DNA of 11,922 bases from Chlamydiia bacterium (GTDB taxonomy: Bacteria > Chlamydiota > Chlamydiia > Chlamydiales > Parachlamydiaceae), in assembly GCA_038257035.1 (NCBI GenBank), contig JBBSJT010000073.1:1-11922 (forward strand), in the 5' to 3' direction. The position numbers and the translations under genes are program-made. How positions within the stretch are numbered: the stretch's first letter is position 1; each line of letters begins with the position of its first letter. Shown in pieces: positions 1 through 8,301 of the stretch. The notes below the pieces were generated by a model. That model saw only the letters and a program-made list of their open reading frames with translations. It had not been told where the DNA came from and searched no databases.

Positions 1-70
1 CGGGTAATGGTAAGTCTTTTATTTGAAAGAAGAACTGTATATTCATTCAAGTGTAAATATTGGGAAAAGC

Positions 71-1141
71 ATGAAACAGCCATTTGATGAGATAATTGGA
101 AATGAACAGGTTAAGCGTTATTTGACCCAGGTCGTAAAAAAAAATGCAATTGGCAATTCCCTTCTCTTTACAGGAATTGATGGCGTTGGAAAGAGTTTGT
201 TTGCGGAAAATTTTGCAAAACTCATATTAAATGTAGAGACGCTACAACACCCTGATATTCACATCTATCGTCCGGAAGGAAAACTGGGAATGCATAGCAT
301 CGATTCGATGCGTCAGATGTGCGAAAAAGTTTATCTTGCCCCATTTTCTGCAAATCGAAAAGTTTTTATTATTCACCACGCAGAAAAAATGCTACCATCC
401 AGCTCTAACTCTCTTCTGAAAACTTTCGAAGAGCCAAGCTTGGACTCGGTCATCATTTTGATTTCAAGTAATTCAAGAGCTTTATTGCCGACCGTTTTGT
501 CAAGGTGTCGCGCAATACGTTTTCATCAACTGGAATTGGATGAGATTAAAAATTTTCTAATCTTAAATTATGGAAAGGGTGAGATAGAAGCTGTTCAAAT
601 AGCAAGTCTTAGTGGCGGATCAATCGGCAAGGCGGTTCAATTAGCTTCTACTGAGTCGGATTTGATTCGAAAGGAAGTAATGGAGCTTTTTGCTAAGGGC
701 AAACTCAAACTCTATGCTGATATCGTGACCGCCTCACAAAAGATTTCTCAATTGGTTGAGGAGGTAAAGAAAAAAGAGGAAGTAAGCATTAAAGGATTGC
801 TTACAAAAGGGTATGAAGATTTAACGGCCGCGCAATTACATAGTCTTACAAAAGAGGTTGAGGGTGCAGTTTCCATGAAGCAATCAAGCTTTGCCCATTC
901 CATTTTTGAGCAAATTTTATCTTGGTATAGAGATTTGGGCGTGTTAAAATGTGGTGCTAATCCTAATTTTCTAATTAATCCTGATTATATTGAACCTTTG
1001 AGCCAGTCTTTAAAATCTCAAAACCCTCTTTCGATTGAATCTGTACAAAAAATGATTTCAGAAGCAAAACTCCTCTTGGAGCGCTCTACATCACTAAATA
1101 TCGTCCTAGAAAATTTATTCTTGAAGCTCGGCCTGATCTAA
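71..1141 (+). CDS. holB: DNA polymerase III subunit delta' (clamp loader AAA+ subunit)
   Basis: Clamp-loader motifs: F..IIGNEQ N-terminus, Walker A-like GIDGVGKS, HPDI, KVFIIHHAEKM, NSLLKTFEEP, LLPTVLSRC (SRC motif). The ORF track opens at TTG 23, but ATG 71 (MKQPFDEIIG, preceded by GGGAAAAGC) fits the family N-terminus better. Confidence 0.92.
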   Translation: MKQPFDEIIGNEQVKRYLTQVVKKNAIGNSLLFTGIDGVGKSLFAENFAKLILNVETLQHPDIHIYRPEGKLGMHSIDSMRQMCEKVYLAPFSANRKVFIIHHAEKMLPSSSNSLLKTFEEPSLDSVIILISSNSRALLPTVLSRCRAIRFHQLELDEIKNFLILNYGKGEIEAVQIASLSGGSIGKAVQLASTESDLIRKEVMELFAKGKLKLYADIVTASQKISQLVEEVKKKEEVSIKGLLTKGYEDLTAAQLHSLTKEVEGAVSMKQSSFAHSIFEQILSWYRDLGVLKCGANPNFLINPDYIEPLSQSLKSQNPLSIESVQKMISEAKLLLERSTSLNIVLENLFLKLGLI

Positions 1142-1156
1142 TTTACTTATTTCTCT

Positions 1157-2683
1157 TTATAAGTTTTTCATGTCTGATAATAATTGGTAACCACCAAGAC
1201 CACTGATGATAGTCTCAGCGGTCTCACGTACGTCAACATCCTCTGATTTTAAAAGGGTGTTTAAGTGTGTAACAAATGCAACAAAATCTTCATAAGCTTC
1301 CACATCATTATCAGTTAATGAAAGCAAATCATTTGCTTCATAAATAACTCCGGTTCCTTTGCGCGGTTCAAAGTATAAGGAATTAATCTCATACTCCACG
1401 TTATCGAACGGCTCAGAAAAGCTGGAAGTTTCTATTGTTTTAACAATAGTATCCTTCATTCTTTCGGCTATTTGTGTCATACCGACAGAATTAATTACCG
1501 GAACCTCAACCCTTAATGGTTCTATATCCGTCTTGAGAGTAGGTTCTGCAACAAATTCCTGTCTTACATTCAGTATTTCATTTGCAAGACCAGGATAATT
1601 AACAACATTTAAAACAGTTAATGCAGCCTGTTTTGCCTCTTCATCATTACCACGTAAAGCTGATTCAACCTTTTTCAAGAATTCACCTAAAAATTCCCGT
1701 CTCATCGATAAATTGGTATTGCCCTCTGTAAGTACTTCCCTTAAAGAAGATGCATCTTCATAGCCTAAAATATTTAGTTTTTCGTTAAAAGTGACGCTAT
1801 TCTCTAAGTTATCCCATTTTTTGTTGGGAATTTCTTTAAACCCTCTATTCATAACGGTGACAAGTCTGTTTAATTCTTGTCCTCTTTCAGGTTTATTTTG
1901 CTCGAATTGTAATTTTGCTTCTTCAGCTCTAGTATTCTGCTGTATTTTTATTTCATCTAACTCGATATCTTGCCTCATTTGCTCTAATTCATCATCCGAT
2001 AATCCTAAATTTGAAATTTCATCATCAGTTAATTCAGAATTAGAATCGACAAAAGACTTAAGCAATCCTTCAAATTTTTCTATATTTTCTTGTTTAACGA
2101 TATAGGAGATTTGTTTGGATATAGTGCCACCTTCTGCGATAACTTCTTTTAATTTTGAAAAATCAACTAACCCTTTTACGGATTCATCGGTCGATCCCTC
2201 TTCTTCCATTTCTAATAGATAAGTCATAAAACTTTCTAACTTAGCACTAGCTTGTAAATTTTCATAAGGATTGGCATTAAAAGCATTGGCAACTTCATCA
2301 GGTATCGGTTCATTAGGTTTTATATTTTGCAAATCTTCCATAGCTTTTTCAAAAATATTTTTCGTCTGAGTATCCGGCTTAATCTTGCCCGATAAAAGGG
2401 TGCGCACTTCAGTAGCCCCTCTTGCCGTGGCGTGTTCATCTAGTACACCAACTAAAACTTTTAATTTTTCCTGACCGAGCGTATCAATTATTCTAGAAAT
2501 TGACTCTGAATCCACCCATCCTTTTCCTTGGGCAGCCAAACTTATTTTTGTAAATAATTTACCTAAGTAGGAGCTGGATTTATAATCCATGATGTCTTTT
2601 AATGTCAGACCCTCTGATTTTTCATTAACTTTGCCAATTATTTGACTATCAAAACCTTGATATATACCTCTAGTTGGTTCCAT
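1157..2683 (-). CDS. Hypothetical acidic, alpha-helical protein (508 aa); possible secreted effector
   Basis: Long ORF with AGAGG Shine-Dalgarno 7 nt before the ATG. E/D-rich, with a coiled-coil-like stretch at aa ~230-265 and two similar C-terminal modules. No family recognised. Convergent with holB across a 15-bp gap. Confidence 0.85.
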   Translation of the reverse strand: MEPTRGIYQGFDSQIIGKVNEKSEGLTLKDIMDYKSSSYLGKLFTKISLAAQGKGWVDSESISRIIDTLGQEKLKVLVGVLDEHATARGATEVRTLLSGKIKPDTQTKNIFEKAMEDLQNIKPNEPIPDEVANAFNANPYENLQASAKLESFMTYLLEMEEEGSTDESVKGLVDFSKLKEVIAEGGTISKQISYIVKQENIEKFEGLLKSFVDSNSELTDDEISNLGLSDDELEQMRQDIELDEIKIQQNTRAEEAKLQFEQNKPERGQELNRLVTVMNRGFKEIPNKKWDNLENSVTFNEKLNILGYEDASSLREVLTEGNTNLSMRREFLGEFLKKVESALRGNDEEAKQAALTVLNVVNYPGLANEILNVRQEFVAEPTLKTDIEPLRVEVPVINSVGMTQIAERMKDTIVKTIETSSFSEPFDNVEYEINSLYFEPRKGTGVIYEANDLLSLTDNDVEAYEDFVAFVTHLNTLLKSEDVDVRETAETIISGLGGYQLLSDMKNL

Positions 2684-2723
2684 ACTATAACCTCTTTGTA
2701 ATAATCTTAATAGTCACATACTC

Positions 2724-2753
2724 ATTATAATTAAATACAATTATAATAAACAA
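2724..2753 (-). promoter_or_regulatory. Candidate sigma70/sigma66 promoter for the 508-aa gene
   Basis: Minus strand TTGTTT (2753-2748) - 18 nt - TATAAT (2729-2724), about 40 nt upstream of the ATG. The region is very AT-rich and has other TATAAT copies, so the assignment is weak. Confidence 0.35.
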
Positions 2754-2837
2754 TATAAAAAAGATTATAGTAAAAACGTTTGTTTTTGTTTGGTGTAGAT
2801 GATTTAGAGTTTTATTTAATGGATATTAAATGACAGG

Positions 2838-4751
2838 TTACCATCTTTGTTTATGATCTTTTGCAAGGAGGCCATTATTTTGCAGACTTTCATAAATGGA
2901 AGGATTTTTGATAACTTCAGGTTTTAAAACTTTTTCCAAATACTCATCCACAGATTGGGAGGGTTCACCATTATGTTTTGTGCGATAAAGATCTATGGAA
3001 CGCTCAAGAAATGCTTCTTCCAAGTGAAATTGAAGCCATGTATCCATCAAGTTTGTGACCGTGCGTGAAACAACTTCTTCAAAATCAACGATTTTGCGAG
3101 TGTGCAATTTCTCTCTTATTTTTTTTACATCCACAACCTTGTTAAACAAGGTTACAACGTTAGGTGCTGACATAGAAAAAAAATTTAAATTAAATTTGTC
3201 ATCCAACTTTTTTGTGTATTTAGCTTTAAGATGATTAACAAGCTGATTTGTGGCATCGTTTAATTGAAATTTGTTTTTGGAAAATTTTGGAAGAGCAAAT
3301 TTATTTTGCAGATCGAATCTATACTGAATAACTTCACGTTGGATGGTTTTTTTTTTGTCTACATTTGTCAGTAAGTAAGATTTTAAACGTAAAAGTTCTT
3401 GGTTTTCATTTTTTTTATCAAGTTTTGTAATCACACTATCATATAATTTATAGCCGCTTCCTGAATTAATTGAGCTTGTTAAATAGTAGGACAAGCTAAG
3501 CAAAAACCAAGGAATGGTAAGGGTTGCGGTGCATGGAATAAAAAAACTAGAGGCAAAAACAGCAACAGCAATAGCCGGTATTATTACTTGAGAAAAAATT
3601 CGATATTTTTTTTCCTCCCCTTTTGACTTGATAACGGTTTTGAAGGAAATTTTAAAAACCTTCTGAAGGCCATCTTGATTTTTTATAAGTGCACCAAAAG
3701 TACCCGCCAATTGAGCAAGAGTTAAATTCCGTTGTTCTAATATAATGTTTTGCAAATCTTGCCCGCGCAGTATACTGATGATCAAGGCAGTAAGTTTTTC
3801 ATGACCATTAGGAATTTTTCTTGCGATTTCTTGTGCTAAAATGGTTACACTGGCACCTGTTGCAGCATTTAAGGCAAAGTTTGCAAATGAAGGGAAATTT
3901 CCGCGCAATCCTTTTGTTGTTGTTTGAATCGCTGTGGCAAGCATGGGGCTGTAACTAATAAAATCTGCCAGCGCTCTGAATTTTAGCAATTTTTTATCTT
4001 GGATTTGAATTTGGTCCGAACAAAGCCCCAGAGCATCAAGAAATATTTTAGTGTAAATCATTGCATTAATGGAATTTAAAATGCAGCGGCTAGGTTCTTC
4101 ACCTAATAATACAGAGCAGGTGAGCGCTATATCTGCCCCAAGTAGACTTGCAATTCGTGGATGAACCTTTGCCCATATTATAAAATCATTCATTTCTTCT
4201 TGAATGTGGGATGCAAAATCATGGGCTGATATAGGGCTGTTTAGCCATTCTTTTACTTCATTTATCATCGAATAACCGGCGTCGGCCAACATTTTTTTTT
4301 GAACAATAATTTCTTTAGTTAATGGGGGAGTGTAGAATATAGAAAGAATTTCATTCTTAATGACTTGCTTGCATGTTTTGATATTTGGGGTTTTGCAGTA
4401 TTTGTCAAAGTATTTTTGATAGTAGAGATTTAATTCACGGTTAGAATCTTCATAATTTCTTATCTGCAAAAAAGTTAAACTTTCATTTTTCAAATGCAAA
4501 TTGTTTTCGGCAATAACCTCGATGATTCTTATTAAGACCTCATTGTAGATGGATAATGAATAGTAATTTCTTTTATCGAACGCAAATTCATTGGAAGCTT
4601 CTTTTTTTAATTCTTTTAAGTCTAAAATTCTGCGACTAAATTTTTCGTTGAAAATCCAATATTTAGGGTCGTTTCCATCTAGTTTAGTTCCTAAATATGA
4701 TAATTTTAACTGATTGGAGTTGTATTTGTAAGGTGTTGGCTGTATGATCAT
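2838..4751 (-). CDS. Hypothetical membrane protein (637 aa) with Inc-like bilobed hydrophobic segment
   Basis: Long ORF. An uncharged ~40-aa stretch IFSQVIIPAIAVAVFASSFFIPCTATLTIPWFLLSLSYYL lies at aa ~385-424, with further weakly hydrophobic helices upstream. No family recognised. Confidence 0.82.
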   Translation of the reverse strand: MIIQPTPYKYNSNQLKLSYLGTKLDGNDPKYWIFNEKFSRRILDLKELKKEASNEFAFDKRNYYSLSIYNEVLIRIIEVIAENNLHLKNESLTFLQIRNYEDSNRELNLYYQKYFDKYCKTPNIKTCKQVIKNEILSIFYTPPLTKEIIVQKKMLADAGYSMINEVKEWLNSPISAHDFASHIQEEMNDFIIWAKVHPRIASLLGADIALTCSVLLGEEPSRCILNSINAMIYTKIFLDALGLCSDQIQIQDKKLLKFRALADFISYSPMLATAIQTTTKGLRGNFPSFANFALNAATGASVTILAQEIARKIPNGHEKLTALIISILRGQDLQNIILEQRNLTLAQLAGTFGALIKNQDGLQKVFKISFKTVIKSKGEEKKYRIFSQVIIPAIAVAVFASSFFIPCTATLTIPWFLLSLSYYLTSSINSGSGYKLYDSVITKLDKKNENQELLRLKSYLLTNVDKKKTIQREVIQYRFDLQNKFALPKFSKNKFQLNDATNQLVNHLKAKYTKKLDDKFNLNFFSMSAPNVVTLFNKVVDVKKIREKLHTRKIVDFEEVVSRTVTNLMDTWLQFHLEEAFLERSIDLYRTKHNGEPSQSVDEYLEKVLKPEVIKNPSIYESLQNNGLLAKDHKQRW

Positions 4752-4774
4752 GTCACTTTTCTTTTTTAGGGTAA

Positions 4775-4803
4775 AATTTAAAAGAACTATTAATAAACTG
4801 CAA
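4775..4803 (-). promoter_or_regulatory. Candidate promoter for the 637-aa gene within a 71-bp divergent intergenic region
   Basis: Minus strand TTGCAG (4803-4798) - 17 nt - TAAATT (4780-4775); only a partial consensus match. Confidence 0.25.
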
Positions 4804-4822
4804 CTTAAAATGAAATTTAATC

Positions 4823-6625
4823 ATGGAAATTACGACCTATTACCAGTACTTAAAAACAAGCTACGAATATATCCCTGTTTTGAGTACTCTGACGAGTGCA
4901 ATTAAAATTTTTCTATATGTCTTCTATGACTATGAAGATTTATTTATAAAAAAACATCAATACCGAAGTTTAAAAAAAGATAGTATTTCACGATCGTTGC
5001 TACTGTTTATACCAATCCTAGGTAACTTTTTCATAGCACTTTATGATTTTAAAAAACAACAGCAAGCAGATTTTGCTTTAAAAATTGTTCAACTTAACGG
5101 TTTGGCCCTTGCTAATTTGTCAAAAAAGAAAAGAGATTCTGAAAAGTATGTAAGAGTGGCAGTTAAACAAAACATTCGCGCGCTATCCTTTGCATCTATA
5201 AGACTAAGAAATGATCTTGAATTTATTGAAGAAATGGTTTTTGAAAACACATCAATTTTTGCCTTTGCCGGTGATAATATTCGAAAAGACGTGAATTTCA
5301 TTTTTAATAAAATGTTAAATTATGATCTAACTATTCTAAAATACGCGCACAATGAGATCCAATGCCATGAAAATTTCGTGATAACTACCATGAAAATAGA
5401 TAGGGGAGCTCTTAGGAATTCTAAATTTTTAAGGAAAAATGAAACCTTTATAAAAAAGGTTGCGAATCTTAAATGCTTTAACGAAAACTTTTTTTTGTCA
5501 GCCCATAAAACTTTAAGAAAGAAACATAGCTTCATTAAAGAAATGATTCAAATTAATCTTAAATTTCTTAAAATTGCGCATATGGACCTTCGTATGGATG
5601 AGGGATTCATTAGAGAGTTGGTCATAAAAAATCCGAAAGCCTTGATCTACTCTCCATTGCGATCAAATCCGGATTTTGTGTCAAAAATGATGAGAATTAA
5701 TTTAAATATTTTAGAATTTGCAGATGATAAAATCAGACATGATAAAGCTTTTTTAAACCAATTCCCACAGGAGGAGTTTAAGGTTATTCAATACGCTCAT
5801 ATTAACTTAAGAAGTGATTTGGATTATATCAAGGAGATGATTATACAGAATAAATTGTCCCTTAGATGGTTGGACAAAAATTGCAGGAGAAACTTTGAAA
5901 TAGTTCTTTTATTTGTTGAATATGGAGTTATAGAAGAGCTTCAATGGGCATCACGCTTACTTAAAAAAAATCTTGAACTTGCAAAGTTATGCATCGCATT
6001 AAATCCAAAGGCGTTGATTTTTTTTGATGTATCAATCAACAGAAATCCTCGCATTTTGCTTAAATTGGTCGAGATAAATCCTGAAATAATAAATTCCATT
6101 ATCAAACAAATTCAAGAGCAAGAAGAATTTTTTGAGGCATGTGTGATTAAGAATTTAAAATCCATGGAATTTTGCCCATTTATAAATGAATCGGACAAAT
6201 ATAGTTCTTTTGTTTTAAAGATGATTTTAAAACATCCCATTGTTATGAATTGTGTTGCTAGAAGTTTTAGAGATAATAAAGTTTTTATTCGAAAAGCTAT
6301 GCAAATCAATTTTGAGATTTTAAAGTATTGCAGTAACACAATAAGAAGTGATCCCAACTTTTTTTTTGAGGTGATGTTAATAAATCCAGCGCATTTTGAA
6401 TATGCCCACCCAGCTTTAAAAGCAAATGCTGCATTTGTCTTAAAATATATTAAAAAAGATACAACTCTTTGGTCGAACTTTAAAATAGAATACAATGCGA
6501 GCAGAATTATGCCCTATATGGATGTATCCCTCATGCACGATGTGATATTTATAGCAGAGTTGAAAAAACTTGGTCTATATTTAGATTTCATCAACTATTA
6601 CCTCACAAAGGGCAGTAGTTTATAA
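4823..6625 (+). CDS. DUF4116-like tandem helical repeat protein with N-terminal hydrophobic anchor (600 aa)
   Basis: About 19-20 degenerate repeats of ~25 aa of the form LR.D..F(I/V)..(A/M)(V/I)..N...L.(Y/F)A, e.g. AVKQNIRALSFASIRLRNDLEFI and MMRINLNILEFADDKIRHDKAFL. Two hydrophobic segments at aa ~16-34 and ~58-74. Confidence 0.85.
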   Translation: MEITTYYQYLKTSYEYIPVLSTLTSAIKIFLYVFYDYEDLFIKKHQYRSLKKDSISRSLLLFIPILGNFFIALYDFKKQQQADFALKIVQLNGLALANLSKKKRDSEKYVRVAVKQNIRALSFASIRLRNDLEFIEEMVFENTSIFAFAGDNIRKDVNFIFNKMLNYDLTILKYAHNEIQCHENFVITTMKIDRGALRNSKFLRKNETFIKKVANLKCFNENFFLSAHKTLRKKHSFIKEMIQINLKFLKIAHMDLRMDEGFIRELVIKNPKALIYSPLRSNPDFVSKMMRINLNILEFADDKIRHDKAFLNQFPQEEFKVIQYAHINLRSDLDYIKEMIIQNKLSLRWLDKNCRRNFEIVLLFVEYGVIEELQWASRLLKKNLELAKLCIALNPKALIFFDVSINRNPRILLKLVEINPEIINSIIKQIQEQEEFFEACVIKNLKSMEFCPFINESDKYSSFVLKMILKHPIVMNCVARSFRDNKVFIRKAMQINFEILKYCSNTIRSDPNFFFEVMLINPAHFEYAHPALKANAAFVLKYIKKDTTLWSNFKIEYNASRIMPYMDVSLMHDVIFIAELKKLGLYLDFINYYLTKGSSL

Positions 6626-6740
6626 ATGTTTCTTTGAGATGACGAAAATAAAAAGCGCTTTTGGAAATATTTACCCACCCTCTCAATCTCACTTAAACTT
6701 TCTAGTGGTAAAAAAAGCTGATAAACTAAACTCTTTTTAG

Positions 6741-6769
6741 TTGAAAAGAACATGTAAAATGGATATAAT
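6741..6769 (+). promoter_or_regulatory. sigma70/sigma66-type promoter of the yicC-gmk-rpoZ run
   Basis: TTGAAA (6741-6746) - 17 nt - TATAAT (6764-6769), ending 32 nt before the yicC ATG. Confidence 0.7.
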
Positions 6770-6801
6770 AATTTTTTACAAAACAACCTCAAGCGATTAT
6801 T

Positions 6802-7683
6802 ATGTTAAAAAGCATGACGGCTTACGCAAGAGCTTCTACTGAACAGGTTATCGGTCGAGTGATTGTCGAAATTCAATCGGTCAACCGCAAGTTTCTAGAG
6901 GTCAATACACTCCTGCCACAAGAATTACTTAGCTTCGATACCGAAATCAAAAAATGGGTAGGGGAATCGATTAATAGAGGCCAGATCAACTTTAAACTTT
7001 TTGTTAACTATGAAAATGTTTCGCCAGTTACCATTAAGCCTAATTTGCCATTAGTTCGCCAAATCAAAGATGCATGGGAGCAGATCGCAAAAGAATTGAA
7101 CTCAAACGAAACCTTTAAACTAGATCTTTTGCTTCAAGAAAAAGGTATTCTGCTCTACACAGAGGAATTTGGCGACAAAGAAGAATACAGACTAGCTATT
7201 CATGAGACTTTAAGTTTAGCCTTAGATGATTTAGTTAAAATGAAAAAATTTGAGGGTGCGAATCTTGCAAAAGATATTAGCCAGCGCATCGACCATATCC
7301 ATAAATTGGTTGAACAAATTGAAGTTTTAGCACCAAATGCGACAAAAAAACTTCGGGAAAAACTTCTTGAAAAAATGAATGAAGTACATCTTGGTTTTAT
7401 TGAACACGAAGATAGAATCCTCAGAGAAGTTTGCCTTTTTGCTGAAAAGGTGGATATCGCCGAAGAAATCACACGTTTAAGATCCCATTTGAATCAGTTC
7501 ACTGATCTTTTAAATAAAGATTTACCAACTGTTGGCAAAACTTTAGAGTTTATCGTGCAAGAAATGAATCGCGAGACTAACACCATCGGCTCTAAAGCTT
7601 CCGAAGTAGAAGTTTCCAAACTTGTTATTGAAATGAAAAGTGAAATTGAAAGAATTCGAGAGCAAATACAAAATGTTGAATAA
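6802..7683 (+). CDS. yicC: YicC/YloC family endoribonuclease
   Basis: N-terminal MLKSMTAYAR...EIQSVNRKFLEV. C-terminal K.DIAEEITRLRSH, GKTLEFIVQEMNRETNTIGSK and EIERIREQIQNVE (DUF1732 signature). 293 aa, in the usual position upstream of gmk. Confidence 0.96.
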   Translation: MLKSMTAYARASTEQVIGRVIVEIQSVNRKFLEVNTLLPQELLSFDTEIKKWVGESINRGQINFKLFVNYENVSPVTIKPNLPLVRQIKDAWEQIAKELNSNETFKLDLLLQEKGILLYTEEFGDKEEYRLAIHETLSLALDDLVKMKKFEGANLAKDISQRIDHIHKLVEQIEVLAPNATKKLREKLLEKMNEVHLGFIEHEDRILREVCLFAEKVDIAEEITRLRSHLNQFTDLLNKDLPTVGKTLEFIVQEMNRETNTIGSKASEVEVSKLVIEMKSEIERIREQIQNVE

Positions 7684-8284
7684 TGTAAATTATAAAGCCC
7701 CAAAATTATTAGGTAATCTTTCAAGAGGTCATCTTTTTGTTGTGAGTGCGCCTGCCGGCACCGGAAAAACAACACTTGTTAAAAAATTAGTTAACGAATT
7801 CAGTTGCATTAAGTCGTCTATTTCAACTACAACAAGACTTCCCCGGCAAAAAGAACAAAATGGAGTTGATTACTTTTTCGTTACCCGAGAAGTTTTCGAA
7901 GAGAAAATTGAACAAGGGGAGTTTTTAGAATATGTCGAGCTTTACGGCGATTATTATGGAACTTCTAAAAACAGCATAGAAACCTTGCTAACTGAAGGCA
8001 ATCATGTTATGTTAGTTATCGACACAAGAGGCGGCTTAAAATTAAAAAAATTGATGAAGGCTACACTTGTGTTTATTATGCCACCATCCTTAGAAGAGCT
8101 TTCACTAAGACTTCACAAACGTAAAACGGAATCACACGAGGTGATTGAAGAGCGTTTGAAATGGGCAGAACATGAGCTTGAAGATGCTAAGTATTACGAT
8201 TATGCCATTGTCAATGACAATTTGAAAACAGCTTATGAGGCTCTTAAAAGCATTCTGATTGCTGAAGAGCATCGCATTATTTAA
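7673..8284 (+). CDS. gmk: Guanylate kinase
   Basis: P-loop SAPAGTGKTT, SISTTTRLPR..E.NGVDYFFV, FLEY..LYGDYYGTS, VFIMPPSLEEL..RL..R, YDYAIVND. ATG 7673 (11-bp overlap with yicC) is preferred over the track start at 7640. Confidence 0.97.
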   Translation: MLNNVNYKAPKLLGNLSRGHLFVVSAPAGTGKTTLVKKLVNEFSCIKSSISTTTRLPRQKEQNGVDYFFVTREVFEEKIEQGEFLEYVELYGDYYGTSKNSIETLLTEGNHVMLVIDTRGGLKLKKLMKATLVFIMPPSLEELSLRLHKRKTESHEVIEERLKWAEHELEDAKYYDYAIVNDNLKTAYEALKSILIAEEHRII

Positions 8285-8301
8285 AAAAATAGAGGAAATT
8301 A

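Noticed and set aside
1..87. Open frame from base 1 (RVMVSLLFERR...HETAI*) as the 3' end of an upstream gene such as tmk
   Set aside because: Only 28 codons with no recognisable motif; it cannot be supported.
1359..2105. Short plus-strand ORFs 1359-1598 and 1791-2105
   Set aside because: Antisense shadows of the 508-aa gene, with biased S/L/F composition.
5089..6792. Short minus-strand ORFs 5089-5301, 5320-5535, 6112-6495 and 6598-6792
   Set aside because: The first three are antisense to the DUF4116-like gene. The last covers the yicC promoter region and has no recognisable features.
7640..7672. N-terminal extension of Gmk from the track start at 7640
   Set aside because: It would overlap the conserved YicC C-terminus by 44 bp. 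The in-frame ATG at 7673 is more parsimonious.
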